A DNA stretch of 55,238 nt, counting the filler, from Sphacelaria rigidula (taxonomy: Eukaryota): the NCBI GenBank assembly GCA_964200075.2. It is 5 parts of 5 records of this genome, joined end to end, with 100 filler letters (N's around TTAATTAATTAA, not from the genome) between each part and the next. Parts side by side here need not be neighbours in the genome. Positions count along the whole stretch, not along the records: positions 22,139 to 33,105 come from CAXNAA020005612.1; positions 33,206 to 44,172 come from CAXNAA020005613.1; 3 more parts are not named here. The stretch is one strand, 5' to 3'. Under the pieces are notes generated by a model. That model searched no databases. It was not told the DNA's origin and saw only the letters and a list, made by a program, of their open reading frames with translations. Within the stretch, counting starts at the first letter, position 1. Each line of letters begins with the position of its first letter. Both the position numbers and the translations under genes were made by a program. Of this stretch, positions 25,301 to 38,449 are shown piece by piece.

Positions 25301-28300
25301 ACCGTGCGGGATGTGTACACCATGCTATTGCAACACCCCGCTACACGACTTCAGCAGTGACCTGTATTACAGCGAGGTTCCCGGCATTGTGCGGTGGGTT
25401 GCCAGCCCGGCATGACCGCAAAATACAGGGACCCCACGCAATACCGGTATACGTCAAAACCTTGACACAAGATGGCAGATTAGACTCGTGACAAGTGATA
25501 CGGACTGCACGATAGCGGGACCCCCGTACTACAAAGGACCGACCTCACTGTGATGGGACCCCCACTGTATCCGATTCAAATTAAAACCCAGGTGCGGAAC
25601 GGTAAGGATCGGGGGACTGAGCATATCAAGCCGAAGGTTCATATCTGAATCAGCGGTGGGTAAAAACGCCCTCTTAGGTAGGGCATCCGTAGTTTGACCG
25701 ATTGGATAATTGCATCGATCAAAGTCATTCGATGCGAATCACCCTCTTGCCGTGGACCGCATCACATACACCAAATACACATATGAACCGAGCAAAACAA
25801 AAATGGAGAAACACTCGCTGAAGGATAGTTTAGTAGAAAATAAACAACAAATACAACGAAAAGACACGCCCCCCCCTCCCGCCAAGAAATATCGAGAACA
25901 TGTAAACCCCATCCTCGAGGGTTAGGGGCTATGGGTGAGATAAGAGAGGTTTTTACGCCGTCATCGGCGGCTAGCACTACCGTTTCCCTAAACGGTAACG
26001 AGAAATTTCTACGCAACAATAACCTCACCTTGTGGAGGATCCCTTGCTTCTCGCAGATGTGGCAAGAGTAGTGATCCTTGACCAGATGCTCGTGCAGGTA
26101 GGACGCGTCGTAAAAGCGGGACTTGCAAAACTCGCATCGCGGATGCCCCGTGTGCCCCAGTTTAGGATCCCCCTGATGGATTGCATCACGTCGTGTGAAA
26201 TAGACGACAATAGCAGCGACAACAAGGGCATCATGAAACAAAATAACGGAAAAAATAAAGAGGATTGCCCAAGACCGTTTCTTACGGTTTGTACTTTTGT
26301 AAAGGGTCATATATTGACGCGATTTGTGGCCGCCGAACAGGGAATATCGCCGTCACACGTTTGAGACACTTTGCATGGCCCACCGACCCGTGTCTAGCCC
26401 ACTTTTCAGATGCTCTTGGCTCCGAGGTTTCAAGCAAGAACTTTGGACAAAAATATGGCCGAAAAAAAACATACGAATGGTAAAAAACGCCTTTTGATGA
26501 GATACAAAAAAACCGCAAAAACGTGCAGCAAAAAAATCACAATAACAACAACAGTGAAAACGAAAAGAAGAGAAAAAGTGAAACAAGGCATCACTGGAAG
26601 ACAAGAGAAAACAATTCGACAGTCAATAAACACACAAATACACATGAACACACACCGAAAAGGCATGAGGTCAATCGCGCTTCAGTATCCACCGAAACAC
26701 CGAGTAGTTCAAACAAATGGGGTGATTCCGCTCGAGTCCACTCTACAGACAGCCCCACAAAAGCCCCGCACACACACGCTCCACACGCTCCACACGCGGG
26801 CGGGCGAGTGGCCTTGTTGCAACCTGTCCTTTACCACCATGCTATCATCACAGCGCACTGCGCTGCACACTTTGGTGAAAAAGTATTGTCCAAGGAAACG
26901 CGTACAATTTTCACATGAATTTGGAGCACGTTGCAGGCCTTTATCTCCCCGCCGTGCACCAAACTTTGCACATACCTTCACGATGTGCTGCTGCAGCTCC
27001 ACCTGACTGTATCTGACCTGCTCCATCAAGAACACCTTCTTGTGCTTCAGGCATATCTACCAACACCACAGCGCCAAAGTGCAAATATATAGCAACATGC
27101 ACCAGGGCCATCCCACCGCGGGAAAAGGGGCGACAAGGACAAAGGGGAGGATAAAGGGATATACTCATCGTCTTGCATGCGTCGTCTCAAGACCATTGAT
27201 CTCGCATCCCTACAAAGCCGGGACCAAGCACGCCGGGTTTTCGCCGGATCAGACTCGTAATGAATTGCCACGCGCGAAACGCCATGATGCGTTCGGCGAG
27301 CCGCATGAGGGGTTAGCTCCATCCTGGAATCGTCCGGCCCAAAGCATACTGATTATCACGCGTACGACCGGTCGCCACGGTGGCTCAGTTGATAACCTCG
27401 AAAGCTTCTGACGGGTGGGTTCGAATCTTGGTGAAGTCACATGATCTGGGATTTTTTCTTACGCCTTGCCCAACAATGGAGAGCGACCTTGTCGTGGGTG
27501 CATGAAATTCGACTTTACGGTCGACGCGGGAAAGGGATAGCTGAACCTTTCTCGCCATGAAAAATGAGGCGAGCATCGCAGAAGGGAGGTGAAGTACTGT
27601 AACAAAATAAAAAAATAAAAATAAAGTCTGTGTTGGCCTTTCTCCAGTATGACCCCAGCTGATGCGCCCACGTACACCGAAAGGTGTAAACTGGCGTCCA
27701 GAATAGATGCGATGACAACACATGAATGGCAGCCTCAAATGAGATACTTGATTTTCTGTTATTGCCACTGCCGGAGAGAGCCATGGATTACACTATCTCA
27801 CGGGAGGGGGTGAAATGTCAAGGGTGCTCGTGGGTGTAATATGCAACGACACACTTCGATGCCTCTTGGGACATATTTCTATTTGTATAGATTTATTCTC
27901 AATATTTTCAACTCTCCCCCTTCCTCGGAACGAGTCTCGAGAGATCAAGGCACCACCTCTTCCCCGTGACCGGCGTCTGCCGGCCATCTTCACACTCGTA
28001 TCGAGGACTGGATCAGCATTCCCGCATCCCGTCATCTCTCGTCAAATATTTTCTTTGCTACACACGCCCTCACATTTTCCACGACGGGAACGAAGCTTCG
28101 CCAAAACGAATTCTCGTCGACATTCGAACCCGTAGCTTAGACGGCTTTTGTACACTACCTGTGAGACCGGCGGGGCGTCTCGGCATGTCCCTGAAAATCG
28201 ACGCCAACAGCATTTTCGAGTACCCTTTTTCTGCCTAGACCAACACCTCCAAGTGATTCCTTCGAGCGACAATATGGTCAATACACTTCTCCTTTCCCCG

Positions 28301-31300
28301 CCTCCCTCCCACCAGCCGCGGGATGGCTTATTGTCACAACATGTGGTCATCCTCTATGGCTTAAATTGAACAAGCGAACGACGGTTGCACTTCGAATCTC
28401 GCGCTTTTGCTATGATATGGTAGCACACAGCGGAGTGCCTGCCCATTTGAGACAGTACCTACACAACGGACTGGAACATGTGTTCAGAGTCGACTGAACC
28501 GCCCAACTGCAACAACAAGCGATGTACGTTGTAACCCGCACGCTGTGACCCGTGGAGCAGGACCACGAAAGTATATGAATATCGTAGGGCATCGCTAGGC
28601 CGCTGCTGCCCCCCCACCTCCCCGAGCCGATAACCTTTGACCGTGATTATCTCGACAACTAGGGGTGACACTTGAAAGAAGGATTTGAAAAAGGGATCTA
28701 GGCGAGTTCGTCCCCTGAAATCCATGATTGACACATGCTGGTTTCTTGTGTAGAGAATGACAAAAGTCTCGAGCACACACACGTCTTCCGGCACACAACA
28801 CACGGCACACGGTGAACCACGGGTGGTGCGCACGAGCAGCACATGGAGAACAGCTCTCCCAGCGCCCTCTCTGCTCCTTTTTATTGAGGCCGTATCAGTC
28901 ATCGTCTTCAGTCTAGATATCGATATCGAACAGTATCGTATCGAAACTAAATATCGAATACGGAACCGTTTTGATTGACAAGACTAACATTTATGCGTAT
29001 TTGACTCGGAAACTACTTCGAGAAACCCGGATTTTGCCTGGAAGAATTAATCCGGAGGAGATACGATACCCAGGGCTGTGATACATGTACATTTTTTTCG
29101 GGGACAACTGTGAAAAATCAGTCTGTATTCCACACTGTACGCAGTACACATTTTGTCAACGCTGTCTATTGTCAATGTCCAGGGGCTGGTTCTCAACGAC
29201 GGAAATCCCTCTATTTTGGTACTTTTGTACGTTTTCAATGCACACTTTCCATTTTCCCATTGTTCCTTGGGAACACGCACAACTTTCTTCCAACCGCATT
29301 GCTCGTTACCGTTTTCAATTTGGAAAGAGAGCACCGGCGAAGATCAGCACCGCTGCGCATGTGATGCACTTTAGGGCACGCATAGTTCTTATACCGCACA
29401 CAACATAATCACAGTGCGTGTAGATACGATTCTGCCACTCTTGGGCATTACCATCATGTTTTTGGGACCTTGCGCTGCTGGCATGACACGGTGTGATGAG
29501 GTGTAGAATATGAGCATAGGCCCCAAAACGTTTAGCGTTCAGCCGTCATCTTTCCCTTGCTACAGGTGAAATATGGAGAAGTGGATGGGAAAGTTGCAAA
29601 AGTACATCCATCGTTTGAGCACGGCCTTTCTTTGGGATCTCACAATTTCGTGAGGGCAATTCGGAACACATGTTAACCAGAGTGAAAAGAGTTGACGTTA
29701 TGCATGTTATGGCATGACAGGCCAAACCTCACAACTTCGTCACAGCTGACTTGCGCATAACAGTTTTTCGGGCGAACTACAAATAACACGGCTGTACCAC
29801 GGCACAAACAACGTACTGCACACTCTATAAAGATCAATATTCATGTTTTATTGTCGTTGTTTTCTATACTTCATCATTTCTCATTTTCCCTCTGGCTCTC
29901 CTTCGTTTCTTCCTTTCTCTTCCTGCTTGGTTTTCGTCCGTGTCTCCGTCTTCGTCTGTCTTTGTTTCGGTTTTGATGTGTTGCAGAATTTGTTTCATGG
30001 TTCACTCCTTTTCGTTTGCAGCATATATATATATATATATGTTCTCACTTCCTTTTTGTTGGGCGGATAATTCCGTTTTTCCCACCTTGGGTACGTCAAC
30101 CTTTTGGATAATGACCGAAGCTCGGTCCCTCGGGGATCAGTCAACGTACGACAATGAATCAATCGATCAATATACCACAAGACAGTCCTGCTGTGCGCAC
30201 TCAAGACGCACGGAAACTCGCGGTAACGCTACAAAAAAAACCCGTCACCAATAACCGTTGGCGGACGAATTGACCGTCTCATCATCAATACGAAACTTCG
30301 CGGGCGCCTCACAACGAAAAACACGAAGGGGCTGCTCGTAAAAAGCACACCTTACATAAAACCAGGCGGTGCTGCTCCCTCAAGTGCTTCTCGACGATGG
30401 ACATGCTGTTGTGCGTTTGTCGAGGGCAATTGTCGACGCCGCAGCGGTATTCCTGCAACGGTATCACAAACGACCTGTTGTACGTCTTGGGCAAGAACAT
30501 CCGACACTTTTCGTCCCAGTCATACTCCGGTCCAGCGTTGTCCCCCCACACCTGGAATTCCTCAAACGGCCTGGAAAAACAAGGACGCAGGTCGCAACAA
30601 CCATTGCAACAGAAGAGTGGTTGGTCGCACACAAAGCAGCGGCACACTTGTACGATAGCAAAAGATACACGTCCGAGAGGCTTAAAAAATAGCGTGGTCA
30701 CAGGACGACGAAACACCCAACAAACGTCGTTGAAAAGCGTCGCCGCACCCAACATTGCCGACAACATTCTAGCCGCGAGAAAGCGAGCTCGAGGCTACAC
30801 GCGGGGTATGATCTACGCATACAATGCTCGGGAGATGAGAACCAACACCCGGATGGGTAGGGTGACTCGTGTACAGAGTCTAGCTGGGGGACATCGCAAG
30901 TTTTTTCGGTGAGGATGATTTATCGGTCAAGTCCAAGCCTACCTGGGTGGGGGGACACACGTACCTTGGTGTGTACCCGTACACCGGACCGCCTCAGTGA
31001 TGACTTCATAAAAGGCTGAATGGTCTCGAGGGTTGATTTTGAGGCGGCGGCGAGGTGGAGTGCACTTGAACGCGCTGCATGAAACTAGAGGCAGCGAAGT
31101 GCAGGGTAAAGGTTCCTACCTGTCTCCTGGGCGAAAGTTGAAAAAAAACTCAAGAACCCGCTCAACACTGAACTTCGTTATGCACTTGACACACGACATA
31201 TCGATCCGAGAAAAAACGGACAGCCGCCGGACAGCACTCAAACGGCACCAATCGGGGGTCGAAATAGTCGACACATGAGAAACACCGTCTACTTGCTTTT

Positions 31301-32118
31301 CTTACTCGTATCCGGGTACCGGAGTATACCCATGTCCTGCACACGCACGCACTCATATGAATCGGGATACCTTCTCCTCGGCATGGGACCGGGAGCGTTT
31401 CTCAGGCATGAATCCCAGGAACTGATATTCCATCACCCTGCGTTATCGGCTATTCTGTCACCCTGGGTTATCTTATACGCCGTCACCAAAGTATCGTCAC
31501 AATCCAAGCGCGGGCGCGGCTCACGAGAGGCACACCTCCTCTCTCCTACCCGCGATCGTCTCAACGGCGACACGCAAGAAAGAAGAAGCACACAGCTTCA
31601 TCCTCATCCTAGTGCCCCACGAGGCAATCACTCCCCATAAGGGAGGGTAGTAATATACCTTTTCTTCGCATCACCCATTAGACTAGGATCAACGCGTGGA
31701 ACCACAGCGGGTTTCGAATCCACAGAAGCGAGTCTCAACACCATACTACTACGCACGCAGATAACGCCATACTGTAATACCGATCCAACAGAGGAAAAGC
31801 GAGCTGGGAAGATGGCTTTCAAAACTCTCACAGGGTTCCACTCCCGCCCAAGTGGTCGGACCCGGCACAGCCTTTTTGCGTACCGTCATCATCCGCCCCG
31901 CAGGGTGCGGGACCGTTCTTCCGGAACGGACTCTCCGTCACCAACGCTACATGCGGCCACCACCCATACCCATGGGTGGTAGCTTCAGGTTTTGACCTTT
32001 TATCGTAATTTCCCACCTGATGCTGTCATTCTGGCACACCATGACACGATCCATGACGCTCTTGCACAACACGCACGTGTCCTCCTTCATTAGCTGCCGC
32101 AGTCGAAGGTAGCACAGG
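22316..32118 (-). CDS. ZNF598: E3 ubiquitin ligase ZNF598/Hel2 (RING + C2H2 zinc fingers), five internal exons, both ends off-contig
   Basis: GT-AG exons 32118-32017, 30570-30351, 27056-26976, 26172-26029 and 22378-22316 join in frame. They read LCYLRLRQLMKEDTCVLCK...|RPFEEFQVWG...YRCGVDNC...EKHLREQHRLVLCK|ICLKHKKVFLMEQVRYSQVELQQHIVK|GDPKLGHTGHPRCEFCKSRFYDASYLHEHLVKDHYSCHICEKQGILHK|YYRDYSDLENHFRTAHCLCEE. GHP.C.FC..RFYD and YY..Y..LE.HF...H.LC are ZNF598 hallmarks. Confidence 0.93.
23318..23572. mobile_element. MITE (255 bp), possibly Tc1/mariner (Stowaway)-like
   Basis: TIR CACGTCGGACAGGT(G/C)ATGAGCTA(T/C)CTG at both ends. The flanks CA/TA fit a decayed TA TSD. It lies in a ZNF598 intron. 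Confidence 0.75.
23580..23790. repeat. GAGTA/TACTC-rich palindromic repeat element with ~42-bp subunits
   Basis: tttgagtagagtatttgag..cgtactcga.ctactcaaa is repeated, and the ends are loosely inverted. Confidence 0.6.
24810..25042 (+). mobile_element. 5'-truncated copy of the tRNA-derived SINE
   Basis: Matches the body and acaacac tail of 48567-48924 (gacttaatggtcgacgaggg...cagaatagatgggacgacaacac) but lacks the A/B boxes. Confidence 0.8.
27367..27722 (+). mobile_element. tRNA-derived SINE inserted into the 3325-type repeat
   Basis: A box tggctcagttga and B box ggttcgaatct, then a ~280-bp body shared with 48567-48924. Host-repeat homology resumes after the tail. Confidence 0.8.
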
Positions 32119-33105
32119 CTGGCGAAAGGGCGACATCATTTACGGCGAGGATTGTCGTCATTTCAACACAATTCATCGGAAAAAATAGGAGGGGGGACGC
32201 AAACACTTAGTGTAACGAACTGAATACTTGCAAAAGTGCAAAATCTCCTCACTGACGGACTGAAGTATGGTATATCAAATCCTGCAACATTAACTTTTGG
32301 GCGTTTTGCACACACACACGTGACATATCGTTGTTCAACTCCATGCCAAACGCGTGCAGTGCGGAATTCCTGTTATCCGAAAGCTTGCTGCGGCCGAGAA
32401 AATCGCCACAATAACACAGACCGCTGAAGAGTATGTTCTACAAGTCGACATACTAACACCGGTATATTTGATCTGTTGTGTTTTGTCGTGTCATGTGTGC
32501 TCTCTCCAGTAGCGCACTCGCTGGTTCGAATAGGAATATGAGGGAAACAGCTCGTGTCCCGGCAGCAGCGGGGAGCACCACGAGGCGGCCTTAATGGAAT
32601 TCAGCAAAAGTTGCGGGTCCACCCAACACACCTGATATTTCGATGTTCACCTTTTTGTGTAGGCCCGAGTCCACACTCAAGAGAAGGTGTTCTGGTGTTG
32701 ACAATAAATCCGTACAACCTTCCTCGACTGACTGTGTTGTCATCTACTGTACACGTGGCGGACATATGCAGTCTTCTACAAAAGTCTTCGCATGGAAAAT
32801 TCGAACTCTCCACACCCGCGGGGTGGGCGTACTCATTTGTTGCTTGCCTGAGTCGGCTGACCATTGACCACGCATCCCTTTTGAGACGGAGCACCGTTCC
32901 TACTCCTAGTAGAGACACCTTCAACATTTCGGCGCTCATTACGTTTCTGCCATACATTACACAAAATACGTAAACATCTTTTATCCCCGTCCTGTTTCGC
33001 CGTCTCTCGGGGGGGGGGGGGGGGGGGGGGGGGCGTGATTGGAGGGCGGTGTCTAAAGCGAAAGAAAAAAATTCTAGGCCCGAACCCGCGCCCCAGGGGC
33101 GTGGG

Positions 33106-33205
33106 NNNNNNNNNNNNNNNNNNNNNNNNNNNNNNNNNNNNNNNNNNNNTTAATTAATTAANNNNNNNNNNNNNNNNNNNNNNNNNNNNNNNNNNNNNNN
33201 NNNNN
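33106..33205. other. Artificial contig linker
   Basis: 44 N + TTAATTAATTAA + 44 N. Confidence 0.98.
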
Positions 33206-33359
33206 ATGAGTTGCTTTATTTTTTGCTGTCGCCACTTCCAGAGACAGCCACGGCTTTTTCACTGCCTCATGGGTGCGTCACCGATAAGGTGCAGACGGGT
33301 GGGTTCACTGCAAGAACGCATGCTAGACGTGCAACTAATGCCTGGAGTACAGTACCTTT

Positions 33360-33692
33360 CACACGCGGCCATTTCGCTACCCCCCGAAATGTCTCCGGAA
33401 GGATGCACGGCCCTCCAGAGGCAAAACAAGCCTCCGGAGGCCTTCAATGCCTCTGGAGGAAACCAAACACTACCGACCCGGAGGGCCGCGCACCCCTCCG
33501 GAGGAATTTGGGGATATGCGCCGCCCTCCAGAGGCAAAAACAAGCCTCCGGAGGCATTTCATCCCTCTGGAGGAAACCAAAAAATCTCCTCTGGAGGGCC
33601 GCGCACCCCTCCAGAGGTGCTTTATTCCTCTGGAGGCTCGAACAGTTTACCCACCTGGAGGAATTTTGGGGATAGCCAAGTGACCGCGTGTG
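33360..33692. mobile_element. MITE with CACAC-start TIRs and about 12 internal CCTC(C/T)(G/A)GAGG palindromes
   Basis: TIRs are cacacgcggccatttcgctaccccccgaaat and (rc) cacacgcggtcacttggctatcccccaaaat. There is an internal 113-bp higher-order duplication (33411 vs 33524). Confidence 0.75.
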
Positions 33693-34742
33693 ATACACTG
33701 AATACTTACTATACTAACGAGACAAAAACTAGTGATGTTTGCATCATTTGCTAGAAACACATGGCCCCTGGAACTAGTCTCCACAACCCATTCGATGCGG
33801 ACTTGTGACTCACCGATCTATGTTCATGTTTCGACTTCGCTGAGAAACATGCTAAACAAATTTCTTGCCCTAGTTCGTGTGTGAAAGACAATGGGGGCAA
33901 CAACCAATATCCGTCACACCACGGTCTTACGAGGGGGTACACTCCGCAAGCGTCCCATCCACGCGTATTCACCGCGCTGAACGGTAGTGAGACGCTGCTT
34001 GAACTAAACGGTAACAATTTCTGGATAATCTTATATCGACGTTACACATTAAAATACCTTTGTGTTGTGGTGCGGTGCATTTTTGTTCACCTGTACTCTC
34101 GCCCGGGTCAATTCACAAACTACTGCATTTTGCCTGGTTTGCGCTCAGGGGACGAAGCAACATCCAGCAGGGAAGACATCGGTATCCGCGGTACGCTCGG
34201 CCTCTAGCTACAGCAGTTGCTCTGCTGTCGCGCCTTCCTTTCCTCGGGAAGGGTAACGATCATGAAATTGGATCCAGGTCGGTCTGTTGCAATTCCGGTT
34301 GTCCTTGTACCACTCAATAAGAAGAAAAGTGGGTCACTACTGTCGTAGATCCGATTAGCCAGTGTCGGGTTCAGCAGAAGGAAATAGCAGAGAGATGAGC
34401 ACCCCCCTCCCTCCCTCCGACAAATAGACCTACTGTACACCTATTAAAATCTGCAGGTATTCGCTCCCCTGACGGAAACCTAGGCGGCTGCTATGGTACT
34501 CAAAAACGATGAGATTGCCCACACACGGACATCATCTACACCTGCATGGGCCCGATCAACAGTCTCGGTACGACTACACACACAAGGGTCATGGAACAAC
34601 GCAATTCTCCCAGCAACTCGGCACAAAACGCGCACACGCACTGAGTGCAGCACGTTGACCGTGCAAGGAAAAGACAACCTCTGTACCGATGTAGGCAGTT
34701 GTGAATCACAGCAACGCGTTGACGAAACGAAATGACATGTAT

Positions 34743-37125
34743 CTATTTCAGTGGTTGACCAGATGTTGGAGCTCCTGTTATCGCTCCTGGCGTTGACGTA
34801 CTCCCCTCGGCAGACGCATCATCCGGTGCTTCTACACCAGCCTGTACAGCGTAGCGAATGACAACATCAGGGGGATATACAGAAGTCTGTGAACTACTGA
34901 AGTTCATGCGTAACCACACAACCCGAGCCACGGGAAACGTTGGAGCATACGCGCCCATCAATTTATATTCAGTCGACCACCCATGGTGAGCGCAGTTGCA
35001 ATCAGCGTCGAAATCAGCGAAAGGAACGACAAGATTGAGTGCAAAGGACACCAGCCTGGAGGGCGTCATCTCTCGTTCACGGTGCTTGTCGTGCTCGCAA
35101 ACTGTAGCAACAACCGTGTCGATCCTTTGGCGGCGAAATCAACAGGCTGAACTCAGCCACGAAGAAGTGAGAACGGCCATGCGTGGGCTTGCAAACGAGA
35201 ATAATATGGAAGTCGTGAGACTCCCGGTGACGGTAGAAACCGTCGAAGGTAGCCGATTATTTTCCTCGGGTTATGACGTCAAGGATTGACCGTAAGTCGT
35301 GGGGTTGAGGCAAAGTGGATCACTCGGGAAAGCTCGACGAGCGCAAGCGAGTTAGCCCGAAGACGAAGTCTAAGGGTCCAAGTGATCCCCAGGGTTAGCC
35401 AGCAGTTCGCTGGGAAGATCTCTGTTACCTTGGGGTCCCAGATCCGGCTGTACAGATATGGGAGTTTCGGGGCTCCTGCGAAACCTATCTCTGTAACTGC
35501 CGTTCACTAGGTTATACGTCACAGAAGGAAATCTCTCCGCACATGCCCAAATGGCGATCTCCACAATAAATTTCGAATATTCAGAGGGCAAACGCCACCT
35601 ATTGCGCGGAAAGCAGGTATATTGGCCACCCTATGCACAATCGTTCGTTAAATGAGAAAGCACATGGCGAATAGTGGGCATTCTGCATCCAATAGCAGAC
35701 GAGATACATGCACACCTGCGCTTCTTACTCCAACTATAGCTTCAAAAGCATGAGCACTTAACACAACGGTTTGTTCAGCATGAGAAACCCCCCATGATCA
35801 GAGTGTTTATTGCCAACACCACAGCTCACGGAGCGAGCTTTCTTCCCGTCGGTGCTTCCCCCCCCCCTTGGGCCGTGTGTTTCTATAGTATAGTGCACGA
35901 GGACTTCACGGCGATATCCACCATGTGACATAGTATGTTGGCGAGGTGCATTGGAATATCCATGGTGTACGGCTGCGTCCGTGCGGTACACGAATGTTCA
36001 TCGAAGCCAACCAAACAGTGCTCACCTGCGTCATGAGATCCTGTATGTTATTCTCCAGCTCGTCGATACGAGAGCTCATTTCGTCCACTCGCCCAAGGAT
36101 GGCGTCGGACATCTGACTGAAGCGACTTTGCTGCTCACATCATACGAGACGTCCGTGTGAAAGGGACGGATGTGTAGGCCAGGAAATAAAAGTATCGGAA
36201 GTGCAAAAACTAGGCCAGACAGAAAAAAAAAATGTTCGGTACGTACGGGGCCGTCCATTGGATGCGACACGGCTTGCTTGCACTGTTGAGTGCGTCGGAC
36301 ATGTGTCAGAGATCTCGGTGGGGTGTCGCTGGTGTCTACCATCAAGGTACTCTACTCTCGGCTGTAGCGGAGGCAGATGCAGACACACCGGCTAAACACA
36401 CACAGCGGAAGTCGAACGTGAGGCGACAGCAATGTCGGAACTACTCGCTATAATGAGCTGGACAAAACATCGATTTTGTATACGTTCGACGTCGTTGTCA
36501 AGGACCTATTCAGGATCAATCAATCGATCGACGGTGGCACATGAAGGATACTCTGCCTTAAGGATACTCTACGGGTCCAGTCGTGGCCACAAGGTTGAAG
36601 CACTCGTATTTTGCTAAAGATGTGATCAGAAATTGCTTCAAAAGTAAGATTCCGGCGACTTACACCATACTAATTCTGCAGTAGCAGACCGATACAATGT
36701 CAAGGGACTATACGTAACCAGAATGACGTGTACCCGGGGGTACTTAACAGCAAGAAATACCGTTCCAGGAATCATCATGCGGTTCAGTTGGTGACTCGAT
36801 TTCTTGCCCAAACAGCTTTTGGTGGAGACGCAAAACCTCAGCTAGGCTAGACTTGTCCTGCCTGCGGGAGTGTCAACTCTACAAGCAAGAGATGCCTGTG
36901 CAACACCTCTACTTCTTGTTCTACGCGTGGAGAATACCGACATGGCGCATTCGAATGCATCACAGTGCTCAGGCTATATATGGAACGCGGAATAGGGCTC
37001 CACTTAGGGCTAGTGCTTCTCACCATTTGTTCCATAAGGCTCTGTACAAAGACGGTCAAGTCCTGAGCTTCTGGTGGTATCTCTGGTTCTGGTCCTTTTT
37101 TCTCTCCCTCCTCATCCTTCCGATC
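34743..37125 (-). CDS. HSBP1: Heat shock factor binding protein 1; start exon not located
   Basis: Phase-0 GT-AG exons 37125-37024, 36130-36026 and 34841-34743. They read DRKDEEGEKKGPEPEIPPEAQDLTVFVQSLMEQM|QSRFSQMSDAILGRVDEMSSRIDELENNIQDLMTQ|AGVEAPDD...QPLK*. This matches the HSBP1 consensus DLT..VQ.LL.QMQ..F..MSD.I..RID.M..RID.LE..I.DLM.QAG. Confidence 0.93.
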
Positions 37126-37423
37126 CTGCACATCAGAACCACACGTGTCATGGCGTACTACGGAGAGGAAGTCAGCGACAACCCAACAAACAACTCAAGT
37201 GTGTATTTTGACAGTTTCGCTGTCAGCCGACGTCCACCAAGCGCTGTCAATCGCGCCTGTTGAAACACCGCAACAGTACTACTGAAGACACAGGATGAGG
37301 AACGACTACAGTTAGCATACATGTCGCAATATATGCAGTGTGTTCGCTGTTTTTTTCAGAGCCCGCAGCGCTTCTCTTGCCCACATCTGCGAACCTCTGC
37401 CGGGTTAGCGGTGTTTATTGCAT

Positions 37424-37480
37424 CGGATTGTAGCGGGTTGTTGCAATCAGCTGATGTGAGATAATCAATCAATCAATCAA
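37424..37480 (+). mobile_element. Non-LTR retroposon 3' terminus with (ATCA)n tail
   Basis: cggattgtagcgggttgttgcaatcagctgatgtgagataatcaatcaatcaatcaa, same family as 17781-17831. Confidence 0.6.
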
Positions 37481-38449
37481 TTGCAGTAGTGGTTCGTCCA
37501 ACATTTCTGAACCGGTGCAAATCAAAAGTGACAACGGGGAAGAAACCCGCCACCTGCACACCGAACCCCGAAACAACGCAGATGCAACCACCGCACATGC
37601 GCATTAGCTCTACTGCTTGCTTTCGCTGGTCTACACGTAGCAGTCTTCGCCTGACGAAAACATACCCAGTATTGGAGATTAGGCGGTCACGTGCATGTCA
37701 CTCCACCAACGAAAATGTACCGTTGAAGGCCCCTTGTGTGGGTATTTTTGGCGCGCTTATTTGTTTTCAACAAAATCGACGCAGTCCAAGCACATCGCAC
37801 TCGCTTAATCAGCAGCTACGGCTCAACATAGATGTTCTTGTTGAGTTCGGGGCAGTGGGGCTTCCAGGATCATGTGTAATTCTGTCGCGTTGTGTCACAC
37901 CTTTGCATGTTTTGCGTGCGCTCCCTGCGCTTACTATGTCGATATTCCCCTTCGAGCAAACCGTCTTATTTGCACACCGGACGAATACCAAGAGGTCTGT
38001 TCGAACGTGTTACAATCAAAGTGCAAATCCAGGTTTTCGACGCCCTTCTTTGAAAAGGGTGACGCAGCGATACATCACAAGGCGTGAAAAATCAAGCTGA
38101 TATCGAGGAACCCGATGATTTTATCCTGATGAAACACAGCCTTGAGGCCCCGGTTCCGTGGAGTTTCAGAGTATACAGCAGGAATTGGCTGGTGGTCGTA
38201 ATCCCATGCCAGATTGCTCGTCTCAATTGAAGCGAGTCAGACCAACTCCGGCTATTCCAAATCGTGGAATATTCATGTATTTTGTTTGTCGCGTGCAGCC
38301 GCCGGAACAACTCCCTGGTATGGCTTCCTTGCTAGCTATGCGCAAGATTTCAAGGTAAAGACTCCTCCCCGTGCTGACCTACTGTCTTCCTGTGACCAGA
38401 ACGCCCCACTCTGGTCCCCGTGGGGGCATCCTGGGTACTGTTCTCGTCG

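Noticed and set aside
26410-27006. 198-aa Lys/Thr-rich plus-strand ORF
   Set aside because: It is the antisense of a low-complexity ZNF598 intron, with no domain.
33410-33665. CRISPR-like array of palindromic repeats
   Set aside because: The repeats are only 10 bp, the spacers are short and themselves duplicated, the array is enclosed by TIRs, there are no cas genes, and the context is eukaryotic.
34536-34660. CAFCAE-containing frame as the missing first RING exon of ZNF598
   Set aside because: It lies on a different contig across an artificial linker, in the HSBP1 3' region, and lacks the CxH ligand pair and correct phase.
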